Below, piece after piece: positions 1 through 10,311 of a DNA stretch of 64,000 bases (the first letter of the stretch is position 1; every line of letters starts with the position of its first letter). Source of the stretch: a virus; IMG/VR virus record IMGVR_UViG_3300046806_000356, positions 32,001 to 96,000 of that record. One strand, given 5' to 3'. A program made the position numbers and the translations under genes. The notes below the pieces were generated by a model. It ran no database searches and was not told the origin of the DNA. It saw only the letters and a list, made by a program, of their open reading frames with translations.

Positions 1-3000
1 CAAAAATCCCAGTGCAGATAAAATTTATCTTTATGGATTTACATCAAAAGATGATGTACCACCAATTCTAACTCAAGGATATCGTGTTGGCGCTAAACTA
101 AATGATAAATTATTTGTTGAATTAAACAATACAGAATACTCTGCAAGTATTTTGATGTCTGATGGTGTGACAAGCAGTGTCAAGGAATACACTGCAACAA
201 TCGCATCAAATAAATTTACTATTGGCACTAATGCCATTGAGAATGGTGAAAAAGTTATCATTATTAGTGATACTGGAGATCTACCAGAAAATATTACTGA
301 ACATACAGTTTATTATGCAATTACTCCAAGTGCTAATAGTATAAGAACGGATGGTGTTTCACTATCTTCAATAACAGGTGAAATTCAATTAGCATCTTCT
401 CCATCTGATGCTGATATCGGATCCCCAATTACTGCATATCTTGGTAAGAATCTTAGAATTCTAAGTCGAGTATCTGATAAGATTGCTGGAGATATTGGAC
501 ATCCAGTAGGATTTAATACTTCAATAAATCAATGGTTTATTCGTTCAACTGCAAATAATCAAATTTATCAACAACTCAATTCTCTTGGTGGAGTCAGCAT
601 TCTTGGAGATAGAACAGAACCATCTTACATTAAAAGAATTCCAGACTCAAGAAGTTTGGATGAAAAAATCTATAAACTGAGAGTTGTTATTCCAAAAGAA
701 CTTACAAATGCAAAGGCACCAGAACCTGGATTCATTCTTCAAGAGTCAAGTACAACTGGTGTCAGAACAGATGGAGATTTTACTCTTGCATCAACAAGAA
801 ATCTCAACCTTTCTGACTACAAATACAATCGAAATCCAAGATTTATTGCAAGTTGTACTCGATCTGCAGAAGTCAGTGGAGTTTATACCGTAACAATCGT
901 AACGGAAATCCCACATAATCTCCAAGTTGGAAATGATGTTACCATTTATAATGTAAAAGATTCTGCCATTAACCCAAATGGAAAGAATAATTCGGGATAT
1001 AACGGAACATATGCCATAAAATCCATTGTAAATGATTTGTCATTTACATATGAAATTGCATATGAAGTTACAACACCCGCAACAATTCCAACATCTAAGA
1101 CTTCAAGTTGGCCAAGATTTGAAAGAACTGATCTAAAGTCAAATATCTATATTTACCGTAGTGTACCTATCTCAGAATATATTGAGGGGCAGCAAGATGG
1201 TATCTATCACGTATTTGCTCTGAATGCAAGCAATACAATTGAAAACGAATTTACTAATATATCTTACAATCAAAGTGTTGTGGATTTTTATCCACAACTT
1301 GACAGAGATAATATTGATGACAACCCAAGAGCATCAAAGTCATATTCTGTACGATCACCACTTGGTAAAGTCGTAACAAATGACCTCAAAAAAAGTATTA
1401 CAAGAGAGAATACTGATAAGTTATTAACTACATTTGGAGTTGGTATTGGAGTTTCCACAGTAAGTGCTTCATCTGGAGTCTCAACAATTACCTTTGAAAG
1501 AGCACATAATCTTGCTGGTATTGTAACGGCAACCATTAGTAATGTTGGTGCTGGATATAGCACCGGAACATTCTATAACGTAAAGATTCTGCCAGATGGA
1601 ACAAGCACCACCAACTGGCAGGGTGCAACGGCAACTGTTGTTGTAAGTGGTGGTCAAGTAAATTCAGTATCCATTACCAATGGAGGATCTGGATATACCG
1701 CAGGAACTTATGAACTTGATGAAACTGCTATTGGTAATAATGGGGTAAACACAGATGTTGCACTTACAGTTTCTACAACTGGTATCTCATCTGCTGTTGG
1801 GCAAGTTGTTCAATTTACTGGTGCTGGCACAACCTCTGATGGATATCATAGAATCACAAGTGTCTTGGGAGCAAGTCAAGTTGCTGTTGCCAGAACAACG
1901 GGAGATCCAGGAATTACAACCTCACAATACGCATTTGTTGTTGGACCTTCCATAAGTATTGCATCAACTGCATATGGATCTGCCACTGGAATTACAACGT
2001 TTACTTTTACCAGTGCTCACGGATTAGTTGCTGGAAATAAATTTAGAGTTCTTGATGCAAATCACAACAATAAGGGTGATTTTATTGTAAAATCAAGAGT
2101 CGGTGTTAATACATTTACCACACTCACAAATGAGAACCTTGGCACTGTAACTTATGTTCTGAAGCATGGTCTTTCTTCAAATGATGGAATATCCGACCAA
2201 TCACAAGAAAATCTGGGAATACGAGGTCTTCCTCTCTTTGATGAAGAAATTGCTTATGTAACCAGTTTCACAAGTGACACACAAATCAGAATTAGCATCC
2301 CAAATGCTGGAATTGGAACTGTTCAGAGATTCCCCTACGGTTCTTACATCCAAATTGATGAAGAGATTATGAGAGTTGCGAGTAGCACTCTTGGTGGAAC
2401 TGCACCCAATTATGATGAAATCACGGTTATTCGTGGTTCTCTTGCAACAAGAAAAGTACCTCATGATAATGGATCACTCATCAGAAAAATTAAACCAATT
2501 CCTGTTGAGTTCCATAGACCATCAATTATTCGTGCCTCTGGACATACATTTGAATATCTTGGATATGGTCCTGGTAACTATTCAACTGGACTCCCCCAAA
2601 TTCAAATTAAATCTCTTTCAGAAAGAGAAGAATTTCTTGTCCAATCTCAAGAAAAGAGTGGAGGAATTGTTGTTTACACTGGTATGAACAACAGAGGTGA
2701 TTTCTTCATTGGAAATCAGAAGAAAACCGCTACGACTGGTCAAGAAGTTACATTTGATACACCAGTTCCAACCGTAACTGGTGAAGATCCGTCAAGATTG
2801 AGTGTTGTATTTGATGAGGTTACTGTCAAAGAAAGACTGGTTGTTGAAGGTGGAAACTCAAATACAGTTCTTTCTCAGTTTGATGGACCTGTCACATTCA
2901 ATAAAGAAATTAACTTCAATGATAATATCAATCTAAGGGCACTGACAAAGATTATTGATGACACTCAATCTACTAATACTAAAACTGGATCTTTGATCAC

Positions 3001-3784
3001 TAAAGGTGGTGTTGGTATTGAGAAGAATCTAAACGTCGGTGGAACATTAAGCATTACTGGTGTTTCTACATTCTCCAGTCTACTTGATGCCAATGCTGGT
3101 GCCACAATTGATAATATTCAAATTGGAATTACTGGAGACAATGAAATTGATACCTCTACAGGTAACTTAACAATTGATTCTGCTGGTGGCACTACAACGA
3201 TTGATGATCAATTATCGGTCACAGGTATATCAACATTCTCCAGTCTACTTGATGCTAATGGTGGAGCAACTATTGATAACATAAGAATTGGTATTGCTTC
3301 TGATAATACAATTGATACTTCTTCAGGAAACTTAACAATTGATTCTGCTGGTGGCACTACAACGATTGATGATAATTTAACCGTTAGTGGAAATTTAAGT
3401 GTCAATGGAAATACAACTTTGGGTAATGCAACTACTGATGTTACAACAGTTAATGGTGAACTTAGAGTTACTCAGGATATCATTGCATTCTACACTTCTG
3501 ATCAAAGATTAAAAGATAATATTACACCAATTGAAGATCCACTTGCAAAAGTTCTTTCAATCAGTGGTAATACTTATATTTGGAATGAGAAGTCTGGCAA
3601 GGAAGGGAATGATGTTGGTGTCATTGCTCAGGAAATTCTTGAAGTTCTTCCAGAGGCAGTCAAAGAACGAGATAATGGATACTTGGCAGTTGATTATCAC
3701 AGAATTGTTCCTCTTCTTGTTGAGGCAATCAAAGAACTTTCTCATAAAGTAGAAGTTCTTGAACAAAAACTACGAGATAAATAA
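1..3784 (+). CDS. Tail fibre protein (5'-truncated by the window) with C-terminal intramolecular chaperone (peptidase S74) domain
   Basis: Frame is open from base 2. Gly/Ser/Thr-rich beta repeats; C-terminal YTSDQRLKDNITPI...GVIAQEI...VDYHRIVPLLVEAIKEL is the typical auto-cleaving chaperone. Confidence 0.88.
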   Translation, partial: KNPSADKIYLYGFTSKDDVPPILTQGYRVGAKLNDKLFVELNNTEYSASILMSDGVTSSVKEYTATIASNKFTIGTNAIENGEKVIIISDTGDLPENITEHTVYYAITPSANSIRTDGVSLSSITGEIQLASSPSDADIGSPITAYLGKNLRILSRVSDKIAGDIGHPVGFNTSINQWFIRSTANNQIYQQLNSLGGVSILGDRTEPSYIKRIPDSRSLDEKIYKLRVVIPKELTNAKAPEPGFILQESSTTGVRTDGDFTLASTRNLNLSDYKYNRNPRFIASCTRSAEVSGVYTVTIVTEIPHNLQVGNDVTIYNVKDSAINPNGKNNSGYNGTYAIKSIVNDLSFTYEIAYEVTTPATIPTSKTSSWPRFERTDLKSNIYIYRSVPISEYIEGQQDGIYHVFALNASNTIENEFTNISYNQSVVDFYPQLDRDNIDDNPRASKSYSVRSPLGKVVTNDLKKSITRENTDKLLTTFGVGIGVSTVSASSGVSTITFERAHNLAGIVTATISNVGAGYSTGTFYNVKILPDGTSTTNWQGATATVVVSGGQVNSVSITNGGSGYTAGTYELDETAIGNNGVNTDVALTVSTTGISSAVGQVVQFTGAGTTSDGYHRITSVLGASQVAVARTTGDPGITTSQYAFVVGPSISIASTAYGSATGITTFTFTSAHGLVAGNKFRVLDANHNNKGDFIVKSRVGVNTFTTLTNENLGTVTYVLKHGLSSNDGISDQSQENLGIRGLPLFDEEIAYVTSFTSDTQIRISIPNAGIGTVQRFPYGSYIQIDEEIMRVASSTLGGTAPNYDEITVIRGSLATRKVPHDNGSLIRKIKPIPVEFHRPSIIRASGHTFEYLGYGPGNYSTGLPQIQIKSLSEREEFLVQSQEKSGGIVVYTGMNNRGDFFIGNQKKTATTGQEVTFDTPVPTVTGEDPSRLSVVFDEVTVKERLVVEGGNSNTVLSQFDGPVTFNKEINFNDNINLRALTKIIDDTQSTNTKTGSLITKGGVGIEKNLNVGGTLSITGVSTFSSLLDANAGATIDNIQIGITGDNEIDTSTGNLTIDSAGGTTTIDDQLSVTGISTFSSLLDANGGATIDNIRIGIASDNTIDTSSGNLTIDSAGGTTTIDDNLTVSGNLSVNGNTTLGNATTDVTTVNGELRVTQDIIAFYTSDQRLKDNITPIEDPLAKVLSISGNTYIWNEKSGKEGNDVGVIAQEILEVLPEAVKERDNGYLAVDYHRIVPLLVEAIKELSHKVEVLEQKLRDK
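3047..3378 (+). repeat. Two in-frame 165-bp (55-aa) repeats in the tail fibre
   Basis: ACATTCTCCAGTCTACTTGATGC at 3068 and 3233; peptide TGxSTFSSLLDANxGATIDNI...GNLTIDSAGGTTTIDD occurs twice. Confidence 0.9.
3776..3783 (+). promoter_or_regulatory. Probable T4-type late promoter (GATAAATA)
   Basis: One mismatch to TATAAATA, 17 bp before the structural gene at 3801. Confidence 0.6.
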
Positions 3785-3800
3785 TTAAAAAGCATATAAA

Positions 3801-6179
3801 ATGGCAAATTATAGGAAGTCATTTAACTTTAGAAGTGGTGTTCAAGTTGATAATGACCGATTAATCGTAGATGGAAGAGGAAATGTTGGTATTGGAACAT
3901 CAATTCCAGGAAGAGAATTGGATGTTTATGGCACTGCAAGAGTAAATGGTCTATTGGAATCCAGAAGTGTTAACATTTCTGGATTTTCAACGTTTCAAAA
4001 TGATGTAAAAATTGGATCTGGAATTACACTTGGTGCGGCATCAGGAATTATTACTGCAATTTCCTTCAGAGGTGACGGATCTTTATTATCGGGAGTAGTC
4101 GCAATTGCTACTGTTGGTTGGATTTCTTCTGGTGAATCTCTTACAACATCACGATCTATTGGAATAGGAACCACAAATCCATCATATCAATTCCAAGTTG
4201 GAAATACGGTTGGTATTGATTCAACTGGAAATGTATATGTGAGTGGAGTTACTAGCTCAGTAAATCTACGGGTTACTGGTGTTTCTACATTTACAACCTT
4301 AGGTGTTACTGGTCTTGCTACTGCAAATAATTTTCAAGTTACTGGTGTCTCTACATTTACAACCTTAGGTGTTACTGGTCTTGCTACTGCAAATAATCTA
4401 CGGGTTACTGGTGTTTCTACATTTACAACCTTAGGTGTTACTGGTCTTGCTACTGCAAATAATTTTCAAGTTACTGGTGTCTCTACATTTACAACCTTAG
4501 GTGTTACTGGTCTTGCTACTGCAAATAATCTACAGGTTACTGGCGTTTCTACCTTAGGATTTTTAACTGCAAGTAATATTTACTCATCTGGAATTATTAC
4601 TGCTACCACATTCAGTGGTTCTTTATCAGGAACTGCATCTGCTGCACAATCTTTAACGGGAACTCCAAATATTAATGTTGGTGTAACAACTGCAACAACT
4701 CTTAATGCAACTTCCTTATTTGTTTCTGGTACAACACTTTCAGCACTCAGTAATGGTTATGTTGGAGTAGGAACCACAAATCCGACAGCAGATTTGCAAA
4801 TTAAAAAGAGTGGTGCTACATCACTTGAAGTTATTAGTACAAATAACTCATCATCCATTTCAATTGGTCAATCTGTTGGACTTGGAAACAGTAGTGCCTT
4901 ATTGCAATATGAGTCTGGACTTTTAAGAATTAATAATTACAATACGGGTGGATTTGAATTTAACCTTCATGAAGGAACTGGAACAGGATCCACAGATGGA
5001 TTTAGAGTTAGATATGACTCCACAAATATTTTAGATTTAACCTATGATGGTAAATTGGGAGTCAATAAGACTTCTCCCGATTATAATCTACAAGTTGAAG
5101 GAACTGCTTATATTTCGGGAAATAGTCAAGTTGTAGGCATTCTTACCATTGGAACTGGAGGATCTAAAATTGTTTTAGATCCAATCGGAGGAAATAGTGT
5201 TATACCATTCCCATCAACTCAGAACTTTAATACTCTTTCTGGTATTAGTACATTTAATAAAATTAATGCAGCAAGTTCAATTAGAGTTGGTGCTGCCGAG
5301 ACTTCAGCAGTATCTGGAGATATAACTCTTGCATCAAAAGTAGGCATCGGTACAACAGTATTTACTTCTTTAGATCCAACCAATTCATATAGATTGATAG
5401 TTGATGGAGCAGCAAGGATTAGGAATAATATAGTACTTTCTGGGCAATTTGCACTTTCAAGTAGTGGAGAATTTTTATCTGATCCACGAATTATTCCAAA
5501 CGTAGCACCATTTTCAGCAACTGTTCCATATTTTTCTTATGGAGACTTTCAACTCACTACAAATGGTGGATCAACATTTGTGGGTGAAAACTTCACAATT
5601 GTGCCAAAAACTGCCATCACAACCGTAGGATTTGGAACTACAAATGGTGGTCTTGTTCCATCAAACTTTGATGGAAACAAATACTTAACAAGAGTCGGTA
5701 TCAATACGTTTATTGCAAGATCTGTTCTTGACGTTGGTTCTGCATCAACAACATCAAACAGTTATTTCATTCCCCCATCATTAAATCAAACTGATTTAGA
5801 CATTGTAGCAAACTTGTGGAATACTCCAGCAAATACTGGTTATGATATGGCATATAGAACAACTCCAAATGGAGTTATTTCTGGTGCTATTGTTTATAAC
5901 ATCACGGCAAGACAACTTCAAATTGGACTTGGACCTACAACATTCGTTGGACTTGCAACAGTTGGATCTGTAAATTATGTACCAACAGCAGGTGTAGCTA
6001 CAAGTGTCAATGGTGGCATTGGAACTTTAACACAACTAAGTGTTAGTGGTGTAACCACATCACAAAATGGATTTACAAGTGGTGTTGGAATTACTAATCC
6101 TGTCAAGATTACAGTATCTGGAAATATTCTAACATTTACCGTTACTGGTATTGGGTCCACAAGCTTGACACTATTCTAA
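3801..6179 (+). CDS. Tail fibre / virion structural protein (792 aa)
   Basis: Repeated VGIGTT(N/S)P motifs and VTGVSTF repeats typical of cyanomyovirus fibres. Confidence 0.8.
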   Translation: MANYRKSFNFRSGVQVDNDRLIVDGRGNVGIGTSIPGRELDVYGTARVNGLLESRSVNISGFSTFQNDVKIGSGITLGAASGIITAISFRGDGSLLSGVVAIATVGWISSGESLTTSRSIGIGTTNPSYQFQVGNTVGIDSTGNVYVSGVTSSVNLRVTGVSTFTTLGVTGLATANNFQVTGVSTFTTLGVTGLATANNLRVTGVSTFTTLGVTGLATANNFQVTGVSTFTTLGVTGLATANNLQVTGVSTLGFLTASNIYSSGIITATTFSGSLSGTASAAQSLTGTPNINVGVTTATTLNATSLFVSGTTLSALSNGYVGVGTTNPTADLQIKKSGATSLEVISTNNSSSISIGQSVGLGNSSALLQYESGLLRINNYNTGGFEFNLHEGTGTGSTDGFRVRYDSTNILDLTYDGKLGVNKTSPDYNLQVEGTAYISGNSQVVGILTIGTGGSKIVLDPIGGNSVIPFPSTQNFNTLSGISTFNKINAASSIRVGAAETSAVSGDITLASKVGIGTTVFTSLDPTNSYRLIVDGAARIRNNIVLSGQFALSSSGEFLSDPRIIPNVAPFSATVPYFSYGDFQLTTNGGSTFVGENFTIVPKTAITTVGFGTTNGGLVPSNFDGNKYLTRVGINTFIARSVLDVGSASTTSNSYFIPPSLNQTDLDIVANLWNTPANTGYDMAYRTTPNGVISGAIVYNITARQLQIGLGPTTFVGLATVGSVNYVPTAGVATSVNGGIGTLTQLSVSGVTTSQNGFTSGVGITNPVKITVSGNILTFTVTGIGSTSLTLF
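4263..4551 (+). repeat. Tandem 66-bp (22-aa) repeats, 4+ copies, arranged as two identical 132-bp units
   Basis: CTACGGGTTACTGGTG at 4266 and 4398; peptide (LR/FQ)VTGVSTFTTLGVTGLATANN x4. Confidence 0.95.
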
Positions 6180-6221
6180 AAATCATGTAGACTGCTTTTG
6201 TCCAGGTTGAAGATAAAGTAC

Positions 6222-6278
6222 TAAGACACTTTAAGAACCGTCCACTGGGTAGCACCAGGGACGGTTTTCTGCTATAAT
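6222..6278 (+). promoter_or_regulatory. Palindrome-linked early promoter cassette 1
   Basis: TAAGACA-CTTTAAGAAC-CGTCCAC, small hairpin, TGcTATAAT with -10 at 6273. Confidence 0.7.
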
Positions 6279-6291
6279 AGTTCCATACGCA

Positions 6292-7569
6292 ATGAAGAAC
6301 GTGATTCAACTCCGTCCCCACCAGCAAGATGCCCTGGATGCCCTGCAACAACATTCTAAAGGTATCTGTGTGTTTCCTACCGGTGGTGGTAAGACCAACG
6401 TAGGTATCTTTGATGCCATCAATCAGTTTCTTTCTAAGACACCTCAGACCATTGTAATTGTTGCTCCTCGTATTCTTCTGGCAGAGCAACTCTCCAGTGA
6501 GTATCTTGAGTTTATCACGAATGCTTCTGTGATGCACGTTCATACGGGTGAGACTCATCACTATTCTTCTACCAAACCCAGTGATATTGCCTGGTTTGCC
6601 GATAATACTCCTGGTCACAAACTTATCTTTACTACCTATAATTCTCTACAGCAATTGCAACGTTCAGAGATTAAGGTAGATACGATTTACTTTGATGAGG
6701 CACATAACAGCATTCAACGTCACTTCTTTCCTGCAGTAGAGTATTTCTCACAGGAAGCAGATCGTTGCTACTTCTTTACTGCAACTCCTAAGTACAGCAA
6801 TGTAATTGGTAAGGCAGGTATGAATGACACTGAGATCTACGGTAGCATCATCTCTAAGGTTCCTGCTCCTCAATTGGTGCAGAACGGTTACATCATTCCT
6901 CCTCAAGTGATTTGCAAGCAGATGCGTCTCTCTGTCAAGGGTGAGGATATTGCTCAACGGGATTGTGAGTATCTACTCGATCTTATCCTTAATCCCAAAC
7001 AGGTTACTGTAACTGAGGGTCTGGTTGATTACTCAAACTCCATCGACAAAATCCTGATTTGTGCCAAGGCAACCAAGCACATCATTGGTCTTCTGTCTGA
7101 GACTAATTTTGCCGAACAACTGGCAGAAGAAGGTTATTCTGTGATGCACATTACTTCTAAGCACGGTGCATTTATTGACGGTGAGAAGGTCAATCGTGAG
7201 GTATTCTTCGACACTCTCAATGATTGGGGCAAGGATGCTGCCAAGAAATTTGTGGTTCTGCACCACAGCATTCTGGCAGAGGGCATCAATATTTCGGCAC
7301 TGGAGGCAGTCGTCTTTATGCGTTCTATGGACATCGTGGGCATTGGTCAGACTGTGGGTCGGACACTGCGTCTGCACCCTCAGGATGCTGCTGGAATCCG
7401 TTCTGGTGCCCTTGTGGCAGGTGATCTGCCCTCCTACACCAAATCCTATGGTCTGGTGATCTGCCCGACCTTCGACAAGGCATCTACGGGCACGGCACAG
7501 AAGGTCCAGAACGTCGTGGACATCATCTTCAACCAGGGTGAGGTGGCATTCAGCACGATTAACCGGTAG
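6292..7569 (+). CDS. Superfamily-2 (DEAD/DEAH, ResIII-like) helicase
   Basis: Q-motif LRPHQ, Walker A PTGGGKT, DEAH, TAT, EGI, QTVGRTLR. Confidence 0.9.
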   Translation: MKNVIQLRPHQQDALDALQQHSKGICVFPTGGGKTNVGIFDAINQFLSKTPQTIVIVAPRILLAEQLSSEYLEFITNASVMHVHTGETHHYSSTKPSDIAWFADNTPGHKLIFTTYNSLQQLQRSEIKVDTIYFDEAHNSIQRHFFPAVEYFSQEADRCYFFTATPKYSNVIGKAGMNDTEIYGSIISKVPAPQLVQNGYIIPPQVICKQMRLSVKGEDIAQRDCEYLLDLILNPKQVTVTEGLVDYSNSIDKILICAKATKHIIGLLSETNFAEQLAEEGYSVMHITSKHGAFIDGEKVNREVFFDTLNDWGKDAAKKFVVLHHSILAEGINISALEAVVFMRSMDIVGIGQTVGRTLRLHPQDAAGIRSGALVAGDLPSYTKSYGLVICPTFDKASTGTAQKVQNVVDIIFNQGEVAFSTINR

Positions 7570-7602
7570 GGGGTTGACACCTTCTTTTTTTTACCCTATA
7601 AT
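7568..7602 (+). promoter_or_regulatory. Host-like sigma70 promoter overlapping a possible intrinsic terminator
   Basis: TTGACA(7574)-17 bp-TATAAT(7597). The same bases form the hairpin AGGGGGT-TGAC-ACCTTCT followed by a T run. Confidence 0.8.
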
Positions 7603-7667
7603 AAGAGGGTTGAAAGGCAAATGCTCTTGCTGACGCACTTTCACTATTGTACATCGCATGATTCTAA

Positions 7668-8639
7668 ATGAAATTTGAAAAGATTAACGTCCCTTGTGGC
7701 GTACCCAATTTGGATTGGTTCAAGGATCTTGAACTTCCTAAGTTCCGCACTGCAAATGTGATTGGACTTGAAATCCGAGAGTGCTCCTCCATTCTTTACA
7801 CTAATGATAAGGGACAGGAAATCAACGTTGCTCGATCAACTGGAACAGACTATGTAAACCGGGAAAAGATCAAAAACAGTATTGAAGTGAATGGTATTCA
7901 GGTTGATGTTACTCCTCCTGTAATTCTTCCTGATGGAACTTCTGTTGATGGTTTTACCCGTGGTGGTGCTCTTAAAGTTCTAGAGCAAGAGAAATGGGTT
8001 TATCTTGTTGTTGATCTGAAGGATGGGTTTTCTATCGAAGATCTGAAAGATGAACTTGGATTGGGATGCAATAACCATTCTCCCTCAAAACCTGCTACTG
8101 AAGATGATTTTGAAGTTCGTCTTCGGAATTGGATTGCACGTCAAGAAGATTCCCCTACAGTTCAAGAATGTATGAATTGGTGGAACTCTATTCCCCATTC
8201 TTTCAGTCAAAAGGTAGTGGAAAATCGTTGCAACAAAGTCGTAAACAACATTATGGCTTCTTCCAGTATGGTTTCCTTCAATAAGGAAGCAGCAGAAACT
8301 CTTGCAAAGAAGATCTTGAAGCAAAAACTTCCCGAAAATGCAGCAGTAATTGCAATCAACAACGGAAACACAACCTACCATAAACGGGCATTCTTCGAAG
8401 CTCTTGAATCTGTAGCAGAAGGTAAGGTTCCTGTTCCGGTTGGATTTTTGCAGAATGTTACTGCAGAAAAGGCAGATGATGAACGTAAGAAACTCACTAA
8501 GCAGATTGCAAAATTGAACAAAATGTTCCGTGTTGCTGCTGAGAAGTATAATACGGATCCTACCTTTGAACTTCTTTCAATTGAGGGATTTGTACCACAA
8601 GCTCTTGGTATCGAAGATCCCAGTGAATTGATTCGATAG
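7668..8639 (+). CDS. Hypothetical protein with ParB/Srx-like N-terminal motif
   Basis: IKNSIEVNG...PPVIL...VDGFTR..AL resembles the ParB/Srx DGxxR motif. Confidence 0.5.
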   Translation: MKFEKINVPCGVPNLDWFKDLELPKFRTANVIGLEIRECSSILYTNDKGQEINVARSTGTDYVNREKIKNSIEVNGIQVDVTPPVILPDGTSVDGFTRGGALKVLEQEKWVYLVVDLKDGFSIEDLKDELGLGCNNHSPSKPATEDDFEVRLRNWIARQEDSPTVQECMNWWNSIPHSFSQKVVENRCNKVVNNIMASSSMVSFNKEAAETLAKKILKQKLPENAAVIAINNGNTTYHKRAFFEALESVAEGKVPVPVGFLQNVTAEKADDERKKLTKQIAKLNKMFRVAAEKYNTDPTFELLSIEGFVPQALGIEDPSELIR

Positions 8640-8697
8640 GGACAGATTCTAAACTGGCACAAGGAGTCCCATAAAACCCCCCCTTGTGCCCTATAAT
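8638..8697 (+). promoter_or_regulatory. Palindrome-linked early promoter cassette 2
   Basis: AGGGACA-GATTCTAAAC-TGGCACA; GGCACAAGG/CCTTGTGCC stem; TATAAT at 8692. Confidence 0.8.
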
Positions 8698-8731
8698 TAC
8701 AATGTTCAACACTAACGGAGTTAGTTTAATT

Positions 8732-9289
8732 ATGACAATCGCAAATCTTATCGATCATCTGGAAACAGGTGTCAACTGGAATAAAATTTTTGGTGTAGTT
8801 CGTTCCACCTATGGTGATCCTGGATTCACCTCCAGAGCAGATAACTTCACAAAATCAACCACAATTGAAAAGGCTCTTGCTAAGTTTTCTGACTTAGAAC
8901 GAGTTGATCAAATTGGATATGATTTTGTATATGGTGGGTTGAAAGTAGAACTGAAGATGCGTCAGAATCTATTCTACAAACGCACACCAAATCAAACTCA
9001 GATGATTAAAATGAAGAACTTCCAAGGTAACAAGAAGACCTTGCAAGATTTTAAGAACGATCAGACATTTGATATTGCAATTGTTCTGTGTCTTACCACC
9101 TATCAATGCATTGTTATTGAAGATGATGTGGCACGTGATCGTTACTTTGCCGATGGTGACGGAGTTTTTGCCAAGTTTGATCTTGGTGATTATTACAAAT
9201 GTGACATTGGTGAAGTAACAGCAATCCTTCCCCCAACTCAACTTTCTGAGCAGATTCAGTTGGCAATCGACAATTACCTCAATTTTTAA
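8732..9289 (+). CDS. PD-(D/E)XK restriction-endonuclease-like protein
   Basis: Motif GYDF...KVELK; GGAG RBS before ATG 8732; resembles ORF 35629-36228. Confidence 0.55.
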   Translation: MTIANLIDHLETGVNWNKIFGVVRSTYGDPGFTSRADNFTKSTTIEKALAKFSDLERVDQIGYDFVYGGLKVELKMRQNLFYKRTPNQTQMIKMKNFQGNKKTLQDFKNDQTFDIAIVLCLTTYQCIVIEDDVARDRYFADGDGVFAKFDLGDYYKCDIGEVTAILPPTQLSEQIQLAIDNYLNF

Positions 9290-9326
9290 TCTTATAATAC
9301 AATCATAACCAAAAAGGTTTCCTCCC

Positions 9327-9467
9327 ATGAAATGCAAAGTCGAACTCTACGTTGCTGGTAAAGTGTTCTATGAGCACGTTGAAGCACGTGATTACCAGGA
9401 TGCCAAACGTACTGCACTGGCACGTAATCCATCTGCAAAGGTTATTAGTGTGAATGCCGCATTCTGA
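9327..9467 (+). CDS. Small cyanophage-type hypothetical protein (46 aa)
   Basis: MKCKVELYVAGKVFYEHVEARDYQDAKRTALARNPSAKVISVNAAF; stop overlaps the next start. Confidence 0.7.
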   Translation: MKCKVELYVAGKVFYEHVEARDYQDAKRTALARNPSAKVISVNAAF

Positions 9468-9709
9468 TGCATCTACCATTCATTCCTAACTACGGACTGC
9501 TGAACAATAAATCTTCTGATCCTGCCGGTTATGTGACCAAGGATGGAATGTGGGCTGCAGTCCCTTTTGGCAAGCAGTTTATGATCATTCACAACGGAGA
9601 ACAAGTTCATGTATCAGGAACTCTTGCAGTTGCCAAATCTTACATCAACAAACAACTCAAAGCATCTAAGATTAAACCTGGTACATCATCACTGGAGGAA
9701 TTCCTATAA
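9467..9709 (+). CDS. Hypothetical protein
   Basis: 80-aa ORF coupled to the upstream gene. Confidence 0.65.
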   Translation: MHLPFIPNYGLLNNKSSDPAGYVTKDGMWAAVPFGKQFMIIHNGEQVHVSGTLAVAKSYINKQLKASKIKPGTSSLEEFL

Positions 9710-9742
9710 ACTTGATTAAATAGTGCAATACGAGTTTGGTAA

Positions 9743-9973
9743 ATGACTGCATATTACTTTTGGTTTGGAATCTTTATCTTCGTCTTCTACATTGTAGCAA
9801 CGGATGATAGTGTGGCATATGCTGTCACTTTAGTATCTAAGATCGTAAGATTCCAATACGAAAAACGAAAGTGGTGGTTGCTTCATAATCCCGCAAATCC
9901 GATTGTGAAATGGTTGATGTGGAGAAATGCTTTACGAATTGCAAAGGAACTTGAAAAAGAATTCAAAAAGTGA
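9743..9973 (+). CDS. Hypothetical membrane protein
   Basis: N-terminal hydrophobic helix; TAAATA late-like box upstream. Confidence 0.65.
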   Translation: MTAYYFWFGIFIFVFYIVATDDSVAYAVTLVSKIVRFQYEKRKWWLLHNPANPIVKWLMWRNALRIAKELEKEFKK

Positions 9974-10005
9974 TATAATTAGTACTGTGTTTATTTGCAC
10001 ACATC

Positions 10006-10230
10006 ATGTCTAGAACTCATCGCAATATTGAATGGATGCATAGCGGAGCACTCAGATTCCCGCACACATTCAACGAAATCCGTCAGTTAGATGGAATCTT
10101 ACACGAAGAAGACTTGGAGGGTCTTCCAGTTTCTAAGGTAAATCATATGAAAGCACGAGAGCATAATTTGCCGACTGCTTGGGATGATAATGTTGTAAGT
10201 GGGTATTATCAGGAAGATTACGAAGTCTAA
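10006..10230 (+). CDS. Hypothetical protein
   Basis: 74 aa, preceded by TTGAAA(9951)-17-TATAAT(9974). Confidence 0.65.
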   Translation: MSRTHRNIEWMHSGALRFPHTFNEIRQLDGILHEEDLEGLPVSKVNHMKAREHNLPTAWDDNVVSGYYQEDYEV

Positions 10231-10289
10231 ACAGACACTTTAAAAATCGTCCACCGACCCTTGACTTTTCCAGTCAGGGGTCTTATAGT
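10231..10289 (+). promoter_or_regulatory. Palindrome-linked early promoter cassette 3
   Basis: ACAGACA-CTTTAAAAAT-CGTCCAC; TTGACT(10261)-17-TATAGT(10284) inside an 11-bp stem-loop. Confidence 0.8.
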
Positions 10290-10311
10290 ATGAAGGTAAT
10301 CAAACGAAATC

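Noticed and set aside
3047-4551. Tail-fibre repeats as a diversity-generating retroelement template/variable pair
   Set aside because: The repeats are tandem and in-frame, differences are not confined to adenines, and no reverse transcriptase is in the window.
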